The notes under the pieces were generated by a model. That model made no database searches, was not told the DNA's origin, and was given only the letters and a program-made list of their open reading frames with translations. Positions 38,639 through 52,466 of a DNA stretch of 64,000 nt are shown one piece after another. Source of the DNA: Octopus vulgaris (lineage: Eukaryota). A program made the translations under genes and the position numbers. Location: positions 11,966,001 to 12,030,000 of the forward strand of contig OX597830.1 of assembly GCA_951406725.2 (NCBI GenBank). Reading direction: 5' to 3'. The first letter of the stretch is position 1, and each line of letters starts with the position of its first letter.

Positions 38639-38968
38639 ATATATATATATATATAAAATACAAAATACAAAGTTATATCTTGAGATCGCTAGTGACAACA
38701 ACACTCAAAATATATAACAGACTGGAATTGTAGTGCTCAAATGAGTTGTATACACTTATTAAATTCAATGTGTTTTATATGCAACACTGAGTTTCTTATA
38801 TATTTATATATTTTTATATGATGTTTATATATTTATATATTATTATATTTTTAAACGTCGATATAAATGAATATATGAATATATTGTATGTGTTTGATCT
38901 TTCTGTGGATTCTGTAATGTTCCTTCTGTTGCAGCTCATGTTGCCTCCCCTCGGATTAATAAGTGTAG

Positions 38969-39011
<43 letters not shown>

Positions 39012-39013
39012 AG

Positions 39014-39149
39014 AAAGAAGAAAAGGGAGAAATTGACAAATATACATCAGTTTATTCAAAGATATTCAAATCAATGTAATATATTACATTGATTTGAATA
39101 TCTTTGAATAAACTGAAGTCTATTTGTCAGTTTCTCCCTTTTCTTCTTT
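39014..39149. repeat. 136-bp palindrome with a 70-bp perfect core (39047-39116) and no spacer
   Basis: tcagtttattcaaagatattcaaatcaatgtaata|tattacattgatttgaatatctttgaataaactga. Confidence 0.95.
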
Positions 39150-39610
39150 TTAAAATGAATATTTTAAACACCAATATACACCAGTGCAAAACTAAAATAT
39201 TTAGTTTTCAATGAACACTGGTATAAACCAGAGAACTAGGATGCAGACATCCATCAAAGGATTATAGGCCTTTGGCATAAACCCATGCTAGCATGGAAAA
39301 CGGACGCTAAATGATGATGATGATCATCATCATACTCGTCGTCGTCGTTTAACGTCCGCTTTCCATGTTAGCATAGGTTGGACGGTTTGACCGGGATCTG
39401 GGAAACCAGGAGGCTGCACCAGGCTCCAGTCTGATCAGGCAGTGTTTCTACAGCTGGATGCTCTTCCTAATGCTAATCACTCCGTGAGTGTAGTGGGTGC
39501 TTTTTACGTGCCACCAGCACAGGGGCCAGAGGAGGCTGGCAACGGCCACGATCGGTTGGTGCTTTTTACATGCCACCGGCACAGAAGCCAGTATATATAT
39601 ATATATTTGA

Positions 39611-39711
39611 AGGCACAGGCATGGCTGTGTGGTAAAAAGCTTGCTTCCCAACCACATTGTTCCAGGTTGTTCAGTCCCTGTGAGTGGATTTGGTAGATGG
39701 AAACTGAAAGC

Positions 39712-39765
<54 letters not shown>

Positions 39766-39897
39766 TCCAACCACTGCTTGACAACCAGTGTTGGTGAGTT
39801 TACAGGAAAAAAGTTAGCACCGAGGTCGATTCATTCAACTAAAACTTCTTGAAGGCAGTGCCCCAGCATGGCCACAGTCAAATGACTGAAACAAGTA
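39611..39897 (+). mobile_element. SINE family A, diverged with internal deletions
   Basis: Head tggctgtgtggt and tail tgactgaaacaagta. Confidence 0.8.
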
Positions 39898-40443
39898 TTA
39901 TAAAAGATAACATAAGATAGAACGAACCTCAATAGAAATTGTGAAAAGAGTAGTAACCCCACCACCACCACCACTGCACCACACTACATAACCTGACGTC
40001 CAAAAACAGAATGAGAAAAAAATAATAGACACAGGTACAAATTGAGCAATATAGAAACCCATATACATACACAAAAGACACACACTAAACACACACACAA
40101 ACACATGCACACACACACACCCCCCAAAACATTTGAGCTGAAAGACAAAACGAAATAAGCAGGACAAGAAGAAACTGCATGGCACAGAAAGCTGATGAAG
40201 GGGGTCACAGAATGTGTGACAAAAGAACTGACGAGTAAATTGGAAATAATAAGTTAAGACCAAATGAAATGTTTAATTGGCAAAAGATGAACATCCCCAA
40301 GTCATCATCATCATCATTGTTCGACCGTGGTCGAGACAATGGAATTTACCATGCTACACCAGACTTCACGGTCCATCATAGCATTACGGAGGTCCTGTTG
40401 CTGGATGCCTGTATCCCTGTATCCCCAAGTACAACAATACACA

Positions 40444-40484
<41 letters not shown>

Positions 40485-40551
40485 ACACACACACACATAT
40501 ACACACATACACACACACACACACACACGTGCGCGCACACACACATACACA

Positions 40552-40593
<42 letters not shown>

Positions 40594-41351
40594 GTGAGGG
40601 TGCAAGGCTTAGTGGTTAGGGTGTTGCATTCATGGTGTAGCAATAATGATTTCAATTCCCAGACCAGGTGTGCATTGGGTTCTTGAGCAGAACACTTCAT
40701 CTCGTGTTGCTCTGTGTTCATGTAGACACCTGATGCTTTGGTACATAGTACACCTGTTCAGTCAATGTTGATTTGATGGGGGGAATGTACTAATGTGTGT
40801 CACAAATATCTGATCACCATAAACAAATCATTTGGACAGGACATTCAGCAAATGCTGTATGCTCATACATCATCTTCAACAGGGATGTCCAGCCACTTCA
40901 CACATTCTGTTTTCTCTCCTTGTTTCTTTCTGTGTCCCTTTCTGTAGAAGAGCATAGGCTCGAAACATAAAAGACTTTCTCAATTCCCGAGCATTATACT
41001 AATACATTTGTTTGTTTGTTTCCTACACCACAGACATGTGCACAGGAAATTGTAGTTGTGACACCAGTGTCGGTGGCACGTAAGAGAACCATCCGAATGT
41101 GGCCGTTGCCAGCCTCATCTGGCACCTGTGCCGGTGGTGCGTAAAAAGCACCCACTACACTAACGGAGTGGTTGGCGTTAGGAAGGGCATCCAGCTGTAG
41201 AAACACTGCCAGATCAGACTGAGCCTGGTGCAGCCTTCTGGCTTCCCAGACCCCTGTTGAACCATCCAACCCATGCTAGCATGGAAAGCGAACGTTAAAC
41301 GATGATGATGATGACCACCTGTCGACATCTTTTGTTTTTTTCATGAATTCT

Positions 41352-41391
<40 letters not shown>

Positions 41392-42107
41392 TGCAAGCAT
41401 GGAAAACGGACATTAAATGATGATGATGATGATGATGATATATATATATATCCATATGCATACATATTTGTATACATTGTAGGTGAATGAAAGAAAGAAA
41501 GTAGCACTCAACACTTGGAGTGCAAGTCTTTAATAATGGCTTGACTCAGTTCTGTATTACTTGGGTGCAGATATGCAGCTAAATCCTTAGATGTATGAAG
41601 TCAAGAGTGAGGAGAATATAAAAAAAGAATTTGATAAATAGCTTCTAGGTGAGAATATTTAGGCCTCTGTTTCTCAGTTCTGGTGACATGGATACATTAG
41701 CAAAGTAGTCCTAACAGCTGAGTCAATATATGTTCTGAACTGCAGGAGACTATTTATTGGTGTCAGTCAGTGATCTGTAGGACTTTGAGACTTCAGCGAC
41801 ATCAATTACTGACATACCCTAAGGCGAGGTAACTATTCTGGTGGTGTCAGCTTACATACATATCAGTTTGCATGCTATGCCTAACCACATGGTGTAATTT
41901 TAGCTTGGCTATTATTCTATTGTTGTCGTCAAAGAAATGTCCTTCTAATGATCTTCAAACCATTGGCTGCTGATAACCCAGAAAGACTGGCCTAGTTGCA
42001 TGAGATCTACTCCACTTTCCTTGTAGATTATTTCCTTTCTGTATCTGACCATTGTGGCCTCCCTACTATCAACTTGCTGTAAATTACATTATTACATACT
42101 CTCTCTT

Positions 42108-42490
42108 TTTTTTTTACTCTTTTACTTGTTTCAGTCATGTGACTGTGGCCATGCTGGAGCACAGCCTTTTAGTCGATCAAATCGACCCTGGGACTTACTC
42201 TTTGTAAGCCTAGTACTTATTCTATCGGTGTCTTTTTGCTGAAGCGCTAAGTTATGGGGACGTAAACACACCAGCATCGGTTGTCAAGCAATGCTAGGGG
42301 GACAAACACAGACACACAAACACACACACGCATATATATATATATACATATATATGACGGGCTTCTTTCAGTTTTCGTCTACCAAATCCACTCACAAGGC
42401 TTTGGTAGGCCCGAGGCTATAGTAGAAGACACTGAACCCGGAACCATGTGGTTGGTAAACAAGTTACATACCACACAGCCACTCCTGCAT
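42108..42490 (-). mobile_element. SINE family A
   Basis: Near-consensus with a small deletion. Confidence 0.9.
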
Positions 42491-42809
42491 ATGTATATAT
42501 ATATATAAATATATATCAAAATAAGCAACTAAGATATCCAGAGGTAATGCAGTACAATCGTTTCATGCAACTCCATTTAATTGAACAATGCAACCATTAC
42601 ATCAATTTAAAATACAGAGCAATCCTCTGCTGCACAAAGACATAGAATTTAATTAAATTAGAACAAATGGACACATTAGTATAATTATACCTAAAATTGT
42701 ACCTAAAATATTGTACCTTAAAAAGTTAGTCTTTTGCTACTCTGGCCTTAAGATTCTGTACACCCACAAGTGTAACTCAGAGTAGCAAGAGACAAACTCA
42801 ACCAAAATA

Positions 42810-42866
<57 letters not shown>

Positions 42867-43101
42867 GGCGGATGATGATACACACACACAAGTGTGTGTG
42901 TGTGTGTGTATACATATTTAGTGGCAAATTCAGCATTCAGGTAGGAGCTCATCAGGGCTCAGTTTTCAGCCCCTTCTATTCGCTATAGTCCCCAAAGCTA
43001 TACTAGACAAATATAAGACCAGCTGCTCATAGAAACTCCTTAATCCTAGTGACCTCATTCTTGTAGCTGAATCAGAATCATAAAAGACAAGTACTCCAAT
43101 A

Positions 43102-43337
43102 TCTATTTCTTTACTACCCACAAGGGGCTAAACACAGAGAGGACAAACAAAGACAGACAAACAGACTAAGTTGATTGTATCGACCCCCAGTGCGTAACTA
43201 GTACTTATTTAATCGACCCCGAAAGGATGAAAGGCAAAGTCGACCTCGGCGGAATTTGAACTCAGATCGTAGCAGCAGACGAAATACCACTAAGTATTTC
43301 GCCCGGCGTGCTAACGTTTCTGCCACATCGCCGCCTT
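43102..43337 (-). mobile_element. SINE family B with TSD
   Basis: Family-B sequence; gtactccaatat duplicated on both sides (43091 and 43340). Confidence 0.92.
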
Positions 43338-43661
43338 TTGTACTCCAATATCATTCTGGATTCACTTCTTATTGACAGCTTTCTCAGCTTTCTCTAGCAC
43401 TGTCTGACAATCTGAAATACCTCATACCTCTCACGTTCAGAACATTGGTAAATTATTTTTTCATTTGGCTTTATCTCTAGCTTCCTGCTGCCTAATTTCT
43501 CTTCTTGCTACCTGATATCGTTCTTTGCTACCCCTTGATAAATAGTTTCTATTTTCTCTCGTTATATGCATCAGTTAATATCTGTCTGAACACATTGCTT
43601 GTTGAAGGCTCTTTTAACATCTATGTTTTCTCTTTTGCCAAATTACCTTTTGTCTCTGGGT

Positions 43662-44076
43662 TTACTCTTACTCTTTACTCTTTTACTTGTTTCAGTCATT
43701 TGACTGCGGCCATGCTGGAGCACCGCCTTTTAGTCGAGCAAATCGGCCCCGAGTTTTATCCTTTGTAAGCCCAGTACTTATTCTATTGGTCTTCTTTTGC
43801 CAAACCGCTAAGTGACGGGGACGTAAACACACCAGCATCGGTTGTCAAGCAATGCTAGGGGGACAAACACACACACACAAACATTTACACACACACTTAT
43901 ATATATACATATATACGACAGGCTTCTTTCAGTTTTCCGTCTACCAAATCCACTCACAAGGCATTGGTCGGCCCGGGGCTATAGCAGAAGACACTTGCCC
44001 AAGATGCCACGCAGTGGGACTGAACCCGGGACCATGTGGTTGGTAAGCAAGCTACTTACCACACAGCCACCCCTGT
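43662..44076 (-). mobile_element. SINE family A
   Basis: Near-consensus. Confidence 0.92.
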
Positions 44077-44625
44077 GACTCTGAAATCATTAACCTCTAG
44101 TCTGTGTTGAGTAGTACAGTCTTTACCAAGGAAAGATTTAGTATCCAAAATCATTCCTTTTCCTGAGGAGTAAGAAGTTGATCTGGCTTCTGAATTTGCT
44201 TGATAATCGGGTGGCAGGCCAGTCTTCTGAAGCTGGTGTTGAAAGTGCTTAAGTTGTTTGCATAACAGAACTCTAGGATGATGCATGGTGCATTTTTCAT
44301 AGCATCAGTGCTAAAGAGGTTGCCATGTCCTTAACATGGTCCTTACTGTTCTATATTATTTCTGTTCATTTGGGGGTAACATGAAGAATGGTAGAAGAGA
44401 GTGAGATTGTAAAGGATGGACTAAGGGGGGAAAAAGAGGGCACTGGCAGAAGAGAGGGGAGAAACAGGAGAGATACTTGGGAATGAGTAGTAATGGGAAC
44501 ATATAAAGAGACATTCTAATGACTTTTAGGTAAATGACAGCTACTCGTTTGTAGGAGAAGGAGAGAAGGTGAAGGATAGTTGTGAGAATGGTCAGTAGTA
44601 AGAGCTTGTAATGGATATCAGTAAA

Positions 44626-44900
44626 GAGTGGCCTGGGGTAGAGGGAGTGGTCTAGGGGTAGTGGGAGTGGCCTGGGGTAGAGGGAGTGGCCTGGGGTAGT
44701 GGGAGTGGCCTGGGGTATAGGGAGTGGCCTGGGGTAGAGGGAGGGGCCTGGGGTAGTGGGAATAGCCTGGTGTAGAGGGAGTGGCCTGGGTTATAGGGAG
44801 TGGCCTGGGGGTAGAGGGAGGGGCCTGGGGTAGTGGGAGTGGCCTGGGGTAGTGGGAGTGGCCTGGGGGTAGAGGAAGTGGCCTGGGGTAGAGGGAGTGG
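44626..44900 (+). repeat. G-rich ~19-bp minisatellite (gggagtggcctggggta(g/t))
   Basis: About 14 tandem units; explains the Pro-rich ORF 44618-44938. Confidence 0.95.
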
Positions 44901-45126
44901 CAGCCAGCAGGAAAAGAGGAGCTTTTAAGAGGCGGCATGAAGGTTGAATAGTTGACATGGCAATGAACAGAGAATAAGTGATGAATATCAATTTAAGATT
45001 GAGCGGTGGGGGGGGGAGAAGAGGGACAATAAATGAGGTGTAGGTCAGCTCAGGAGGATAAGTGTGGAGTTCATCAGATGCTGGCAGATATGATGCAATC
45101 CATCTCTGCCTAAGTAGTCATCAGGT

Positions 45127-45717
45127 AGTCTTTACTAGCCAAAAATTATTTTTCGTTACAAGTTTCACCTTCCTTTTCTTGCAATCATCATCATCATCAT
45201 CATTTAAAATGTGCCACTGGCACAGGTGCTAGTTATGTGACACCAACAATACCCACAACTATTATGAAAAACAATAGGAAAATTAATTTTGCATTACAGA
45301 ATTTTGCATTACAGCCAAATATTTAGGGATGCATTACTTTCATAAAAGGGGTTCCTGTATAATAACAAGTATATATGATGACATAAATAATGGTGTGAGG
45401 GAAAACAACTGTATTGATAAGTTACAGTCATCATACAGTGTATGGAAAAGAAAGTCAACAGAATATTTGACCTCCAGGGGCTAGAAGCAAAAATAGGACA
45501 CGAGACAGATTGGGTGACATGCCCCCCCTCCTCCCTCGCCATGTGTTATATAGACAGGTAGATATGCAAGGCAATGTTATAGGGGTTATAAATCACAACT
45601 GGCTAAATGAGGCATAATGTGTATTATTAGGGGAAGGAGGGAACTAGGTGTCAACTTACATGTCTTGTATGGTAAAAGAGTTGTCTAAACATACCTGGGT
45701 ACACACTTATATGCATA

Positions 45718-45758
<41 letters not shown>

Positions 45759-45852
45759 CGTATCATACAGACAAGAAGGTGATATTTCGAATGTAGTATA
45801 GCCATGAAAACAGCAGAAAGATTGGGGATTGGGATTGGGTATGTGTTTTTTT

Positions 45853-45905
<53 letters not shown>

Positions 45906-46140
45906 TATATGCATTTATACATGTATATGTTGTATATATTAAAATTAATCAGATGACATACAATTTTACTCCTTCAGCTATCTAATGCTTTTTTTTCAGG
46001 CCTGCAATCACTTATATTATTGATTCTGTTATCATTTTTAAGTTGTTACTCTAGATAATGATAGACTCAATGATATCTTCGCAAATTATTTTTCGTGGAT
46101 TATTTTTCTTGTGAATTATTTGCTCCATATTATATAGGTG

Positions 46141-46150
<10 letters not shown>
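45127..46150. repeat. Composite duplication: direct copy of 7385-7536 fused to inverted copy of ~6118-6925
   Basis: By-eye alignment, high identity with scattered substitutions; 3-bp TAT microhomology at 45260-45262. Confidence 0.93.
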
Positions 46151-46178
<28 letters not shown>

Positions 46179-46189
46179 TGTATATATAT

Positions 46190-46236
<47 letters not shown>

Positions 46237-46417
46237 TGTCCATATATGTGCATGTATGTACACACACACACACACACACACACACGTATATATATATATA
46301 TATGTATGTATGTCCATATGTGTGGGTGTCTATATACATATATATATATGTTTATATATATATATATTTATGTATATATTTATATATATATATATATGTT
46401 TTATATATATATATATT

Positions 46418-46476
<59 letters not shown>

Positions 46477-46498
46477 TGTCTGTCCATATGTGTGGGTG

Positions 46499-46530
<32 letters not shown>

Positions 46531-46541
46531 TGTATGTATAA

Positions 46542-46576
<35 letters not shown>

Positions 46577-48107
46577 TGTATAATATAAATAATATATATG
46601 TATACATATGTAGGCAGAGGATGTCACAGAATGTAAACAACATGAAATATATAAACAACATGAAATATGAAAACAACATGAAATGCAAAATACGAATACA
46701 TGGAATATGAACTTTTTTCAAACAGCCAAAGAAACATATAGAAAACAAAACAAGCAAAATAAAGAACGACCCTTCATCAGTTGTCGGCTGTTTTTCTATT
46801 CCATATTTTGAGCAATTCATGACAAGATACACCTTCAATAAAATAGTTGCTCCCGCAAAGCAAATTAAATAAAATTTGTGATTTTGTGGAGGGTCAAAAT
46901 TGGTAACAAAAACAAGACAGTGAAAACAAACAGGAAGGGCTGCTAAGCCTATGTGGAGGGACAAGCTTGGACAGGAGACAGACAAGAATGTGTTTGATTC
47001 CTGCAGCTGAATTAGAAGGAAAGAAAGAAAGGTGGCTGATGGTCACATGGGAGCAATGAGAGAGCAAAGGAGGAAGTGTGATGGAGAGAGAGGTTCAGAC
47101 AGAGAACAGTGAAGGGGAGAGGAAAAGAATTAGAGAAAGGATGAGTGAGGAAAAAATGTCATACAAGAGCATGGACAAAAATCTTCTGAAGAAAATTTGA
47201 AATCACAATAATTTCAACGTTATGATTAGCAAAAGCGAAACCACTTGACAACCAGAATCCTTTTTCATGTGTGTATTTTCCTTCTTTTATGATATGTTTA
47301 TTTTTCACTTATATGTATATATATGTGTGTGTGTATATATACATACATATACATATGTATATATATATCATGTATGTATGTATCTTTAATATAAAATATA
47401 TATAAAATATTAGTGAATTCTTAATATATATTTTCATAATTTTACTTATTTTATCCTTTCTGTATCTTTTTAGTTGCCTGAATACATTTACCTCTGGTTA
47501 TTTGATCTAAGCAAAATTTTCAAAATATACTGATTAAGAAGAAAAATGAGTTTCATTTTCTGTAAGTAAATCTTTTCCATATTTTCAAAATTGTTTGTAG
47601 TACTTTATGAATTAGATTTCTTATAATTTTATAATTTTTTCTGACAGAGGAATCGTGTATGACAAGAATAGGATTGAGCAAACTAAAGGAAACTGAGATG
47701 AAAAAATATATTTTTTATGAGAGCTGCATGAATTCCAAATTTTTCACTGAAAATATTGCCCTTAGGTCAGAGGTTGGGAATAAATGTTTCACTGGGTCTC
47801 TTCAAAAATTCTCTCATATTCAATTTATTTATGGGTCATTGAACAGTTTATAGTGTATAGAAAGTCTTTTGTGTTACAGTTTAATTTATGTTTACAGTGA
47901 TGGAAATGTAGTGACATGTGAAGGTATTTGTATATATATATAATATATATGTGGACCATGGGCAAATGTAAAAAATCAAAAGTGGGTCATTACAAAAAAT
48001 GTTTGCCTTAACATGTAGCAATTTGGTTTCCATTGAGTGGATTAGGATTATAGCATTTAAATCACACCCATTCATCAAAACAGTTATTTAATTAAAATCT
48101 TCCAATA

Positions 48108-48822
48108 TACATTCTGGTATCCCTGCTACTGTTGATACAGTGCTCAGGTGCACCACAACTTGTCAGAAAGTGCGTATAAAGTGCATGCAGTAATGTACAA
48201 ATGTCTGGAAAGTGAACAGTGCATGAGTCAGATACATGCTTGCGTGTGTATGGAGGGGAGAAAATCAGGTGTAGTGTTGGCAAATCTCAGGAAGCATGGA
48301 AGTTTTGAAGGATGCAGTGCTCCAACAACTAACAACTGATGCCGGCAGTTTGTTCCATGCTTCAGCAACTCTTAGCGTGAAAAAATGTTTCCTGAAGTCA
48401 TGGGTGCTGTGCTGTTTTCTTACTTTGTAAATATGTCCACGGGTGTTAGATGGGTGGAGTTTGAAAAGGTACTCAGAGTTATTGTTGGTAAGATGGTTAA
48501 TAATTTTATGGGTGTCTGCCAAGTCAGCCGCCAGACGTCGGAGTTTCAATGTGTCCATGTCCAGGGAAGTAAGGCATTCAGAATATGGCAAATACCTAAT
48601 GGAGGGTATTCTTTTGGTTGCACATCGCTGAACGGCTTCCAGACAATTAATATCCTGGGCAAGATAGGGCTTCCAGACCGGTGATGCAAATTCCAGGTGA
48701 GATTGTACCATAGCTATATAAAGCCACAGATAGATAGCCGGAGAGCGGCTCACAAAGGACTTGGTGAGTGATACCAAGACACCCTCAGCTTTCTTGGCAA
48801 TTTTAGCGATGTGTTTTGTCCC
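48108..48822 (-). mobile_element. CR1/L2-like LINE 3' end
   Basis: HLEFASPVWKPY...DI..LE.VQR.ATK...RRL..DL...NTRGH...FFT.RV...WNKLP (ORF 48265-48837). Confidence 0.9.
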
Positions 48823-50199
48823 TTCTCTAACGTCCATATGTTGACTGTATTTGTCATGTTAATAATAAAATTATACATAGACTTAAACATGGTTGTGAGA
48901 TTAAGTAGTTTGATTTGCAACCAAGTTCATTACCATTTTGTGTAGTAAATGTCTTCAATAGCCTCAGTTTGAATAATATCATATTTTAGAACTTAATAGG
49001 TGGAAATTGTATGTATGTGGGGGAAGGTGGAGTGTGTGTTTATCTTTACATCATTTAAAGAACTGATGTTGTTTACATCATGTGCATTTGAGTTTCATAA
49101 CTTAACAGTTACTCAAATAGTGAGCAGTGAAATAAGTATAAGACTGAAACCTGTAAAACAAATGAAAGAATATACGTTGCAAAAATGTATGATGAAAGTG
49201 AAAGATGTATGATGTTGGGGTAGAGGTCGACAAAGGCCTCTTCAACCTGTGTCTTCCTGGACCTTCCTCTTCCACAAGCCCTATATACATCAACATATTT
49301 ATACAGTTATCCTCATCTAAATAAATCACTTGCCCATATCAGTAAAGTCTCCTCTCTTGCACACTACATCTGATTCCTCTCATATCCAAATTTTCTCTCA
49401 ATATATATATTTGCTTCATCATTCATGCACGATGATGTTACACATCCTTTGGAATATTCTAGCTTCATTTCTTTCTAGTCCTTGTAAATGCTCAAAGTCA
49501 TCATCATCATCATCGTTTAGCGTCCGCTTTCCATGCTAGATTAAACTTGGCATGGGTTGGACGGTTCAACTGGGGTCTGGGAAGCCAGAAGGCTGCGCCT
49601 GGCCCAGTCTGATCTGGCAGTGTTTCTACAGTTGGATGCCCTTCCTAACGCCAATCACTCCGTGAGTGTAGTGGGTGCTAGCTTAAAGCTGAATGAAGCT
49701 CTATCTGAACAATAAAGTCTTTTATATGTGTTCTTAATCTGAGGCACATTTAATCTTAACCATACTCTTGAACCTCCTTACAAAACAATCATGCATTTTT
49801 TGTTAGTCTAATCATAATCTGTTTACTACTCAAAGTATACAACTTATTTTTGACTGCTACTATCCTTGTAATGTTTCAACAAGAAAGAGAGCATCAGTGG
49901 CTAAACTGGCACAAAATCAAATTGAATTTTTCCCTTCTATTGTTTTCTAAAGAAAACAATACGTTGTAATACATTGTCTCTCAATTTTCATCCGATGTAT
50001 GTACATCTTTGTAAAATACTAAATTCATTCTTCTATGCCAAGTTTAATCTTGTATGATTTTGTTATCGAGTGCAACTTTACTGAAAGATTTGATTTGTTT
50101 GTTCTACGACTGATAACGTTGGGATGCTTAACATCTCTTCATCTAGACTTGCGGTTATTTGTTCTTTTCTTTATACAAATAATTGTTTTAGTTCTCTCA

Positions 50200-51290
50200 T
50201 GATTAAGAGGATGATCAATGGAAAATGTTAGTAGAGAGTGACAGTGGAAGAATGATGGATGGATGTCAAAGGAAGTGGTTCTGTGTAGTGGGAGACATAA
50301 CTAGTAGCATAAAAAATGATGATGAAATATGTTGTTCTGTATTCTGTGACAAGGTGGAAGAAACTCAACAGTCTCAAAGAAAATAACCATCAGTTTGCAA
50401 TACAAGAATTAGGGAACAACCTTGAAGCAAGTTGATAAGTTTTAAACATTTGGGAGCCATTCTTACATCTGATGGAAGGAACAATTAAGAAATTAAGTCA
50501 AGGACTGACAGGCTAAAGCTGCCTACAATGAGATGAAGCATTTATAGTCAAGTAAATGGCTACCAAGAAAAGTGAGGAAAAAGAGGCATTCATAGAACCC
50601 ATCCTTATGTATGATCTAGAACAACAAACTAGTATAAAAGCTTATCAGTGGTCCTGAGATGCAGTTTCCTAAATAAGTGTTGAAGGTGTCCTAGGCAGAC
50701 TCTCTCTCTTTTACTCTTTTACTTGTTTCAGTCATTTGACTGCGGCCATGCTGGAGCACCGCCTTTAATCGAGCAACTCGACCCCGGGACTTATTCTTTT
50801 GTAAGCCCAGTACTTATTCTATCGGTCTCGTTTGCTGAACCGCTAAGTTACGGGGACATAAACACACCAGCATTGGTTGTCAAGCGATGCTAGGGGGACA
50901 AACACAGAAGACACACAAACACACACACGCATATATATATACACACATATATATATATATACATATATACGATGGGCTTCTTTCAGTTTCCGTCTACCAA
51001 ATCCACTCACAAGGCTTTGGTCGGCCCGAGGCTATAGTAGAAGACACTTGCCCAAGGTGCCACGCAGTGGGACTGAACCCGGAACCATGTGGTTGGTAAA
51101 CAAGCTACTTACCACACAGACAAATATCAAAGACCACCAGAAAGCCTGTCAACAACATTAAGAAGACAACAGATTCAGTTCATTAGAGACCATATGAGAG
51201 GTAAAATCTTGAGCCCTCAACGACAATTAGGAAGTTGAAAGAAAGAAAGAAAGAAAGAAGCTGAGGAAAGTAGAGAGGAAACACACTTGC
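50200..51290 (+). mobile_element. Decayed RTE LINE interrupted by SINE A
   Basis: LE..DKFKHLGAILTSDG...EIKSR motif ~50420-50505; continues after 51119. Confidence 0.6.
50702..51118 (-). mobile_element. SINE family A (head slightly truncated)
   Basis: Near-consensus. Confidence 0.92.
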
Positions 51291-52074
51291 TATCTTTACT
51301 AGTTGGCTTCAGGAGGACAGGCCCTGCAACAGATTAGTCTTGTGTGGGGACAGAAGGGTATGAACTCCAGATTGTTGATGCCTGTAGATATGGCACATGA
51401 AGAGGAGAGAGAGAGAGAGAGAGGAAGAGAGTGAAAGATAACTGTTTGCTGATATTTTATGAAAAGGCTGGTCCTTCCAGGTGCCAATTGCCCCTTAAAA
51501 AGCACTCAGCACACTCTGCTAAGTGATTGGCATTAGGAGGGGCATCCAGCCATAGAAACCATGCCTCAATGGACAGTCGGAGTCTGAACAGCTCCTGGCT
51601 AGTCAGCTCCATGTCAAACCATCCAACCCATGCCAGGATGGAGAGTGGATGTTAAACGATGATGATGATGATGTTAACTTAGAGAATCTCACTTCATGTT
51701 ACCCATATCTTCTGTTATGTAGTATAAGAATACCCCTAACATTTGGATCTTCCATTTTTATCAAAAGTAAATTTCCAGGAAAATTAAGCTGGTAGTTTAT
51801 AATATAAAAGTGATAGAACTATTCACAAAAAAGGCTTATGTTATTATAGCTTGACTTTACCAAAAGATACTGTACTACTTTTTTAGTTTCTTTTTTTTTT
51901 GCTTAGGTTGGTTTTTCCATCACTACCAAAGCCATATTAAAACATCACTTTCAAATATGTTTTTGGAAATATAAATATAAAAAAAGAGGCCATCAAGGTT
52001 AAAACAACATGTTTCATATGTTGATTTTAAAAACTATATTTAGATGTGGTTAATGGTTCATATAAATATAGTCA

Positions 52075-52466
52075 TAGGAGTGGCTGTGTGGTAAGTAGCT
52101 TACTTACGAACCACATGGTTCTGGGTTCAGTCCTACTGCGTGGCACCTTGGGTAAGTGTCTTCTACTATAGCCTCGGGCCGACCAAAGCCTTGTGAGTGG
52201 ATTTGGTAGACGGAAACTGAAAGAAGCCCGTTGTAAATATGTATATATATATATATGTGTATGTGCGTGTTTATGTGTCTGTGTTTGTTCCCCCAACATC
52301 ACTTGACAACCGATGCTGGTGTGTTTACGTCCCCCGTTACTTAGCGGTTCGGCAAAAAAAGAGGCCGATAAAATAAGAACTAGGCTTACAAAGAATAAGT
52401 CCTGGGGTCGATTTGATCGACTAAAGGCGGTGCTCCAGCTGAAACAAGTAAAAGAGTAAAGGAGTA
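52075..52466 (+). mobile_element. SINE family A
   Basis: Near-consensus. Confidence 0.92.

Noticed and set aside
44618-44938. Proline-rich extensin-like ORF
   Set aside because: Arises from a ~19-bp minisatellite whose unit length shifts the frame
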